Shown here: one piece after another, positions 57,918 to 64,000 of the stretch
How positions within the stretch are numbered: position 1 is the first letter of the stretch
Layout: each line of letters begins with the position of its first letter
From: an uncultured Candidatus Rokubacteria bacterium
GTDB taxonomy: Bacteria; Methylomirabilota; Methylomirabilia; Rokubacteriales; DASRDR01
DNA: 64,000 bases
Assembly: GCA_963805625.1 (NCBI GenBank)
Contig: CAWDVE010000016.1
Coordinates: 416,001-480,000, forward strand
Reading direction: 5' to 3'
The notes under the pieces: model-generated
Database searches by the model: none
What the model saw: the letters and a program-made list of their open reading frames with translations, nothing else
Told to the model about the DNA's origin: nothing
Made by a program: the position numbers and the translations under genes

Positions 57918-58754
57918 TCAACCGCGGTGCCGAGGATCGAGCCGATCGCGCAGCCCGTCCCCGAAGACGTTGAAGGCGAAGACCAGGAGCGAGATGGCGA
58001 CACCGGGCGCGACGACGAGGTGCGGCGCAACCTCGATAAACTCGCGGCCGCCGGAGAGCATCGTGCCCCACTCGGGCGCCGGCGGCCGAACGCCGAGGCC
58101 GAGGAAACCGAGCGCGGCCCCGACCAGGACCGCCTGGCCAGCGAGCAGGCTCGTCTCGATGACGAGGGTCGTGGTGGCGTGCGGCAGGATGTGGCGGGCC
58201 AGGATGCGCGTGTCGCGCAGTCCGGCGGCCACGGCGGCCTGGACGAAGTCCTCCTGCCGGACCTCCAGCACGCGGCCCCGGATCAGGCGGGCGAGGGGCG
58301 CCACGAAGCCCCCCGTCGTGGCGGCGATCAGGCCGGTCATCCCGGCGCCGACCACGCTGGCGATGGCGATCGCGAGAATGAGGTTCGGCACGGTGAGCAG
58401 CAGGTCGGCGAATCCCATGAGGACCGCATCGACCCGTCCACCGACATAGCCGGCGACGAGGCCCAGCGTTGCTCCGAGGGCCGCCGCGAGGGTCACCGAC
58501 ACCACGGCCGCCGTGAGGGTGAACCGCGCCCCCACGACGAGGCGTGACAAGAGGTCGCGCCCGATCTGGTCCGTCCCGAGCCAGTGCTCTCCCGAGGCCG
58601 GCGCGAGGACGCCGAGGAGATCCTGGTCGTTCTCGCCGTACGGGACCACCCACGGCCCGAGGGCCGCAAGGGTCAGGTAGGCGAGCAGCAGGCCGCTGCC
58701 GACCACGAGGTGGAGCCCATGCCGACGACGGACGTGGCCGCTCGGTTCAAACAC
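57918..58754 (-). CDS. Peptide/nickel ABC permease (DppC-like)
   Basis: HWLGTDQIGRD, HILP, LGFLGLG, PEWGTML. Confidence 0.93.
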   Translation of the reverse strand: MFEPSGHVRRRHGLHLVVGSGLLLAYLTLAALGPWVVPYGENDQDLLGVLAPASGEHWLGTDQIGRDLLSRLVVGARFTLTAAVVSVTLAAALGATLGLVAGYVGGRVDAVLMGFADLLLTVPNLILAIAIASVVGAGMTGLIAATTGGFVAPLARLIRGRVLEVRQEDFVQAAVAAGLRDTRILARHILPHATTTLVIETSLLAGQAVLVGAALGFLGLGVRPPAPEWGTMLSGGREFIEVAPHLVVAPGVAISLLVFAFNVFGDGLRDRLDPRHRG

Positions 58755-59667
58755 GGCGGAGCCGGGGATTGATGACGACGTAGAGCACCTCGACCGCCAG
58801 GTTGATCAGGAGGAACCCCGACACGAACAGGATCGTGATGGCCTGGACGAGCGTGTAGTCGCGCGCGCCGACCGCGTTGATCATCAAGTCGCCGACCCCA
58901 GGCCAGGCGAACAGCCGTTCGACGACCACGGATCCGCCGAGGAGGTATCCGGTCTGGAGGCCGATGACGGTCACCGTCGGGATCAGGGCGTTCCGGAGGA
59001 CGTGGCGGCCGACCACCGCCCGGACGGCGAGACCCTTGGCGTGGGCCGTGCGGACGTAGTCCTTGGCCAGTTCCTCGAGCATCACGCCGCGGGTCATGCG
59101 GGCGACGAGCGCGACGAGCCGCGCGGCGAGCGCGAGGGTTGGCATCACGAGGGAGGCCCAGCCCGTGAAGCCGAAGCTCGGGAGCCAGCCCCGGTCCACC
59201 GACAGGGCGACGATCAGCATGAGACCGAGCCAGAAGTTCGGGATCGCCAGAAGCCCCACCACGAGGAGTGACAGCAGATAGTCCGGCCAGCGGTTCTGCC
59301 GGACCGCGCCCAGCACCCCGGCCGGCAGCCCGAGCAGGACGGTGAGCGTGATGGCCGTGGCCATCAGCAGGAGCGTGGCCGGGAGTCGGGCGAGGACGTG
59401 GGGCAAGGGGTTCCCGCGGAAGGTCGACGAGTAGCCGAAGTCCCCGCGGGTGAGTCCGGCGAGCCGCGTCGCGTACTGCTCCACCAGCGGCCGGTCGAGC
59501 CCCAGGCGCACGCGCAGGAGATCGATATCCGCCTGGCTGGCCGTCCCGCCCGCCATGAGCGTCGCTTCGTCACCTGGCACCATCTTGAAGATCAGAAAGA
59601 TGATGGTCAGAACGCCGAGAGCGATCAGCGGAATCCGCGCGACGCGGATCAGAACGAACGAAAGCGT
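58747..59667 (-). CDS. Peptide/nickel ABC permease (DppB-like), apparent ACG start
   Basis: PGD, GLDRP, GDFG, RLPAT, DYVRTAHAKG, HVLRNA, FAWPG, RDY; TM1 lies upstream of the first ATG (59583). Confidence 0.88.
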   Translation of the reverse strand, partial: TLSFVLIRVARIPLIALGVLTIIFLIFKMVPGDEATLMAGGTASQADIDLLRVRLGLDRPLVEQYATRLAGLTRGDFGYSSTFRGNPLPHVLARLPATLLLMATAITLTVLLGLPAGVLGAVRQNRWPDYLLSLLVVGLLAIPNFWLGLMLIVALSVDRGWLPSFGFTGWASLVMPTLALAARLVALVARMTRGVMLEELAKDYVRTAHAKGLAVRAVVGRHVLRNALIPTVTVIGLQTGYLLGGSVVVERLFAWPGVGDLMINAVGARDYTLVQAITILFVSGFLLINLAVEVLYVVINPRLRRV

Positions 59668-59670
59668 GCG

Positions 59671-61281
59671 CTATGCCTCGACGCGCGCCCGCCGGGCAAT
59701 CGTGAACACGATCGGCCAGAGCTCGACACCCTTGACTCCCTTGCGGACGGCCGTGACGTTCTGGTTCACGTGGAGCCACACGTAGGGCGCATCCTCCCAC
59801 ACGATCCGCTGGGCCTCGCCCATCGCGGCGAGCTGCTTGGCTGGATCGGGGTTCGAGTTCGCTTGCGCCAGGAGCTCGTCGACCTTCGGGTTCCGGTAAC
59901 GTCCCATGTTCCAGACGGTGGGCCGCGCCGCGTCGTCGGCGTTCGACTTGAAGAGCGACTCGAGATGGTAGAGGCCCGAGGCGTTGGACGGGTTGAACCC
60001 AAACACCGCAAGGTCGAAGGTGAGCGCCGCCCGCTCCTGCCGGAGCGCGTCCCAGTATGAGCCGCGCTCGATCTTGCTGATCGTCACGTCGATCCCGATT
60101 TGCTGGAACGCACGCTGGGCGATCTCGGCAATGTTGACGTCACCGGGGAAGAGGCCGTCGGAGGCAAGGAGCGTCATCTTGAGAGGCTTCCCGTCGCGCT
60201 CGAGCTGGCCGTTCGCGCCTGGCTTGAAGCCGGCCTCGGCGAGAAGCGCCCTGGCCTTCGCGACCGAGTACTCGTAGGGGCGCTGCTTCTGGTAGCCCTG
60301 GGTGTCGAAGGCCAGCGGCGAGTCCGAGGCCTTGGCGAAGCCGAAGAACACCCGCTCGGCGATGGTCTCGACGGGGATCGCGTGGTTGAGGGCTCGCCGG
60401 ACCCGCGGGTCGTCATAGGGCGGCCGGGAGAGATTGATGGCCAGCCCCATGGGCCGGAGGCTCGGCCGGACGACCACGTCGAGGTTGGTCTCCTTCCGCA
60501 GCCCCGCCACCAGCTGGACCGGGACGGAGTCGATGACGTCGACGGAGCCGGTGCGGAGGGCGGCGATCCGGGTGGACGCCTCGAGGATGTACTTGAAGAC
60601 CAGCCGATCGGTGGCCGGCTTGCCGCCCCAGTAGCCGTCGAAGGCCCGGAGCACGACCTCCTGCCCCGACGTGAACGCCTCGAGGCGGTACGGGCCGGCC
60701 CCGACCGGGTTCTGGGCGATGCCCTTCTCGCCGTGCTTCTCGACTGCGGCGGGGGAGACCATGGAGCCGGAGCCGTGGGCCAGCGAGTTGAGGAGCTGCG
60801 AGAACGGCGCCTTGGTGCGGATCACGATCGTGTGCTCGTCCACGACGTCGGCTCCCACCACCGGGTCCCACAGCGGCCGGTTGGTCGGCGTCCGGGCCTT
60901 GTCCACCATCCGCTCGATGTTGAACTTCGCGGCCTGGGCGTTGAAAACGGTGCCGTCGTGGAACCGCACGGTCTTTCGGAGCCGGAACCGGATGGACTTG
61001 AGGTCGGGCGCCGCGTCCCAACCCTCCGCGAGCTGAGGGACGAACCGGAGGTTCTCGTCGAAGTCGACCAGCCGGTCGTAGAGGCAGTACGCGACTTCGT
61101 AGCCGGCCGGATAGGTGGCGAACGACCCCTGGGCGGGATCGAGCGCGGTCACCGCGCCGCTCTGCCCGTAGGTCAGGGTCCGCGCCGCCGTCGCCTGAGC
61201 GAGGGCGCGCAGGGGGGAGCCGAGCGTCAGCGGCGATGCGGCGGCGGTGGACAGGAGGGCGAGGGCCGTCCGACGGTTCAT
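59671..61281 (-). CDS. ABC substrate-binding protein family 5 (DppA-like), Tat-like signal
   Basis: GGAGG SD; MNRRTALALL; LDP, LAE, FHDG, PVGAGPY, VRRALNHAI. Confidence 0.93.
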   Translation of the reverse strand: MNRRTALALLSTAAASPLTLGSPLRALAQATAARTLTYGQSGAVTALDPAQGSFATYPAGYEVAYCLYDRLVDFDENLRFVPQLAEGWDAAPDLKSIRFRLRKTVRFHDGTVFNAQAAKFNIERMVDKARTPTNRPLWDPVVGADVVDEHTIVIRTKAPFSQLLNSLAHGSGSMVSPAAVEKHGEKGIAQNPVGAGPYRLEAFTSGQEVVLRAFDGYWGGKPATDRLVFKYILEASTRIAALRTGSVDVIDSVPVQLVAGLRKETNLDVVVRPSLRPMGLAINLSRPPYDDPRVRRALNHAIPVETIAERVFFGFAKASDSPLAFDTQGYQKQRPYEYSVAKARALLAEAGFKPGANGQLERDGKPLKMTLLASDGLFPGDVNIAEIAQRAFQQIGIDVTISKIERGSYWDALRQERAALTFDLAVFGFNPSNASGLYHLESLFKSNADDAARPTVWNMGRYRNPKVDELLAQANSNPDPAKQLAAMGEAQRIVWEDAPYVWLHVNQNVTAVRKGVKGVELWPIVFTIARRARVEA

Positions 61282-61303
61282 GGGACCTCCTCTCGGCGGA
61301 TGG

Positions 61304-62380
61304 TCAGGACTGACCGCTGGGGACGCCGGCCCCCTCGTCGATCCACAGGTGGCTCCAGGTGAAGATGGCAGGGGCGCCGCCAGTGTGGACGAAGATCGCC
61401 GTATCGTCCCGGGTGAGGCGACCCTCGCGGGCGTGGGCAATCAGGGCGGCGGCGCACTTCCCAGTATACACGGGGTCGAGGATGAGGCCTTCGGTGCGCG
61501 CGAACAGCCGAACCGCCTCCGTGCCTGCCGGGCTGGGCCGGCCGTAGCCGGGGCCTACGAAGTCGTCGAAGTTCACGACGTCCTCGGGATGCACCCTTAC
61601 CTCGAGACCGAGCGTGACGGCCGTCTCGTTGGCGATGGCGGCCGTGCGAGCGGGCACGTCGTGCTCGCGGGTCGCCGTCACGCCGTGCACGCGGAAGCCG
61701 CCCCAGAGCTTCCGCGCCAGCTCGAGGCCGGCCTGGCCCTTGCCCGAGGACGACATGTAGAGGACGGTCGCCGCCGTGCCGGCAGCGCGGAGCTGCTCGA
61801 TCATCTCCATCGTCGTCTCCAGGTAGGCGATCGCCGAGGCGACGTCGAACATCGGATTGTCGTTCAGGATGTGCGGGCGCTCGCCCCGCTGCCGGCAGTC
61901 CTCCGCCAGGCGGTCCAGCATCCGTCGCTGCTCCGTCCGATCCGGCGCGAAGTGGATCTCGGCCCCCAGGAGGTAGTCGACGAGAAGGTTGCCCTGGACC
62001 TCGCGCGGCCGGGCGCCTTCGAGCACGAGCACGGTCCGGAGGCCGAGCCGGTTGCAGGCGCCCACCGTCTGTCGCGCCGAGTTCGACTGGAGATCGAGCC
62101 CGACGAGCACAACATCGGGCTGCTCGGCCATCGTGCGCGCCAGCCGGAACTCGAGGTTGCGGAGCTTGTTGCCGCCGAGCGCGACCCCGGTGAGGTCGTC
62201 GCGCTTGACGAAGATCCGGGGCCCGGCGAGCGCCCGGGTGAGGTTCGGGGCCTCGACCATCGGCGTAGGTCGGATGGCGATCGGCACCCGAGGAATTCGC
62301 GCGATCTTCGCCCGGATGTCGGCAAAGCTCGTTGCGGCCAGCGGCGCCGCAGCCGCGGCGGACCGGGCGGGAGTGCTCAT
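61304..62380 (-). CDS. PLP enzyme of the ACC deaminase / D-cysteine desulfhydrase family
   Basis: PTP, FVKRDDLTG, GGNK, QSNSAR, GPGYG, ILDPVYTGK, FVHTGG. Confidence 0.88.
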   Translation of the reverse strand: MSTPARSAAAAAPLAATSFADIRAKIARIPRVPIAIRPTPMVEAPNLTRALAGPRIFVKRDDLTGVALGGNKLRNLEFRLARTMAEQPDVVLVGLDLQSNSARQTVGACNRLGLRTVLVLEGARPREVQGNLLVDYLLGAEIHFAPDRTEQRRMLDRLAEDCRQRGERPHILNDNPMFDVASAIAYLETTMEMIEQLRAAGTAATVLYMSSSGKGQAGLELARKLWGGFRVHGVTATREHDVPARTAAIANETAVTLGLEVRVHPEDVVNFDDFVGPGYGRPSPAGTEAVRLFARTEGLILDPVYTGKCAAALIAHAREGRLTRDDTAIFVHTGGAPAIFTWSHLWIDEGAGVPSGQS

Positions 62381-62511
62381 GCGGTCTCCTCGACGGCGAT
62401 CGGGGCGTCGGCGGCACGCCGGTGGATGCCGACGTTCATACGGCTGAGCCGGAGGGCTCGCGGCCGCCCGCGGCGCGGCAGGGCTCGATCGCGGCCATCA
62501 CGATGATCGGA

Positions 62512-62540
62512 AAGTTACGCAATCTCGCCAGAGGAGTCAA
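62512..62540 (-). promoter_or_regulatory. sigma70 promoter for the deaminase-dpp operon
   Basis: TTGACT, 17 nt, TAACTT on the minus strand. Confidence 0.55.
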
Positions 62541-62627
62541 CCGATGGCGCCCATGCGCGGCGGCAGCGTGGTGCGTGACGTCGACACCGAGATCGGCCGT
62601 GCTCCGGCGCCACTCGGCGCCGGCCCG

Positions 62628-63491
62628 CTAGCCCTTCAGGCCCGTGAGGGCGACCGACTCCATGATGCGGCGCCGCAGGATGATGAAGGCGATCAGCATC
62701 GGAACGGTATTCAGGACGGCGGCCGCGCTCAGGAGGTGGTAGTCCACCGTGAACCGGAACTGGAACGTGGAGAGCCCCAGCTCCATCAGGTACATGCTCC
62801 GGTTGGTGGCCATGAGGAGCGGCCAGATGAAGGCGGACCACGCCTGGATGAATGCCAGGATGCCGATGGCGCCGATGGCTGACGAGCAGAGCGGCACGAT
62901 CACCTGAAGGAAGATGCGCAGCTCGGACGCCCCGTCGACCCTCGCGGCGTCAACGAGCTCGTCGGGGATGCCGTGGGCGATGTGCTGCCGCATGAGGAAG
63001 ATCCCGAAGCTCATGATCAGGTAGGGTGCCGCGATGCCCTGGTAGGTGTTGATCCAGCCGAACGACTTCATCGTGAGGTAGAGCGGAATCATGTACGTCT
63101 CGAACGGAAACATGGCGGAGGCCAGGATCACGAGGAACAGGAGCTTCTTGCCCGGGAACTGGTACTTGCCGAAGATGAACCCGGCCAGCAACGACGTCGC
63201 GATCACCATCAGCGTGGAACCCACCGCGACGATGACGCTGTTGAGGAAGTAGCGGATGAAGGGTGCCGCCTCCATGACGGCCGGGTAGTTCGCCCAGGTC
63301 CAGTGGATCGGGAGCACCCGAGGGGGCCACAGGAGGGTCTCGTCCGCCGGCTTGAAGGACGTCCCGACCATCCAGAGATACGGGAAGAGCATCACGGCGC
63401 AGCCGGCCAGGAGGACCAGGTGGGTCAGGAGCGGCACGCCGGTCCGGCGCCACCAGGTTTCGCGCGCCCGTCGAGCTGGCACCGGGCTCAC
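62628..63491 (-). CDS. Carbohydrate ABC permease (MalG/UgpE-like)
   Basis: FLNS, IPLY, FLMRQ, IPDELVDAARVDGASE (EAA loop), FIWPL. Confidence 0.92.
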   Translation of the reverse strand: MSPVPARRARETWWRRTGVPLLTHLVLLAGCAVMLFPYLWMVGTSFKPADETLLWPPRVLPIHWTWANYPAVMEAAPFIRYFLNSVIVAVGSTLMVIATSLLAGFIFGKYQFPGKKLLFLVILASAMFPFETYMIPLYLTMKSFGWINTYQGIAAPYLIMSFGIFLMRQHIAHGIPDELVDAARVDGASELRIFLQVIVPLCSSAIGAIGILAFIQAWSAFIWPLLMATNRSMYLMELGLSTFQFRFTVDYHLLSAAAVLNTVPMLIAFIILRRRIMESVALTGLKG

Positions 63492-64000
63492 TCCCCGTCG
63501 AGCCGGATGACGCGGAACTGGATTAGCGTCAGCGTGAGGATGATCAGCGTGAGGACCACGGCCTCCGCCGAGGCGTATCCCATCTTGAAGAACTGGAAGC
63601 CGTTCTGGTAGATGTCGAAGACCAGCACGCGCAGCGACGCCCCCGGGGCCGCCTGGGAGCCCTGCGTCATCACGTAGACCTGGGTGAACACATTGTAGGC
63701 GTTGATGGTCGAGACGACGATCACGAAGAGGAGGATCGGCCGGAGCAGCGGCAGCGTGATCCGCTGGAACATCCGCCAGCCGAAGGCGCCGTCGATGGCC
63801 GCCGCCTCGTAGAGGCTGGCCGGGATGTTCTTGAGCCCGACGAGGAGGAGCACCATGTTGTAGCCGAGCACCTTCCAGACACTCATGATGATGATCGACC
63901 AGATGGCGACCTCGGGCGACGTCAGCCATCCGACCGGCGGGACCCCGAACCAGGACAGGAGGTAGTTCAGGATCCCGACGCGGGCGTCGAAGATCCACTT
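63488..64000 (-). CDS. Carbohydrate ABC permease (MalF/UgpA-like), 5' end beyond window
   Basis: GILNY, WKVLGYNM, LYEAAAIDGA, ITLPLLRP, MGYASA. Confidence 0.92.
   Translation of the reverse strand, partial: KWIFDARVGILNYLLSWFGVPPVGWLTSPEVAIWSIIIMSVWKVLGYNMVLLLVGLKNIPASLYEAAAIDGAFGWRMFQRITLPLLRPILLFVIVVSTINAYNVFTQVYVMTQGSQAAPGASLRVLVFDIYQNGFQFFKMGYASAEAVVLTLIILTLTLIQFRVIRLDGE

Noticed and set aside
62628-63998. Single 456-aa ORF
   Set aside because: Actually two overlapping permease genes; the MalG-like gene starts near 63491.

Overview
High-GC bacterial chromosomal window. Gene content and style suggest Candidatus Rokubacteria/Methylomirabilota, which is an inference. It is mostly housekeeping and metabolic: uvrA, folE with two PTPS genes, iscA/erpA, moaD/E, tilS, mgtE, apgM, acs, a pentose-phosphate block (fbp, gnd, rpiA, pgi, zwf, glk), tRNA-Met(CAT), several MFS/CPA2/ABC transporters and catabolic enzymes. 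No CRISPR array, integrase or transposase was seen. The most unusual locus is a two-gene operon (43752-46408) behind a perfect sigma-54 -24/-12 element. It encodes two paralogues, each with four MshEN-type (c-di-GMP-binding) motifs, a GspE/PilB N-terminal domain and a long coiled coil, but no ATPase. Other notable items are a PqqD/RRE gene cut by the left edge, a PuuD-like membrane protein converging on a lipoprotein cytochrome c, a GT2-PTPS-PTPS-FolE-SDR pterin cluster, a 68-aa ~69% acidic microprotein, a barrel-(G/A/P linker)-Pal protein, a small two-gene cassette, two internally deleted genes, two apparent non-canonical start codons (CTG, ACG) and several apparently leaderless genes. All product calls come from motif recognition by eye; no searches were run.
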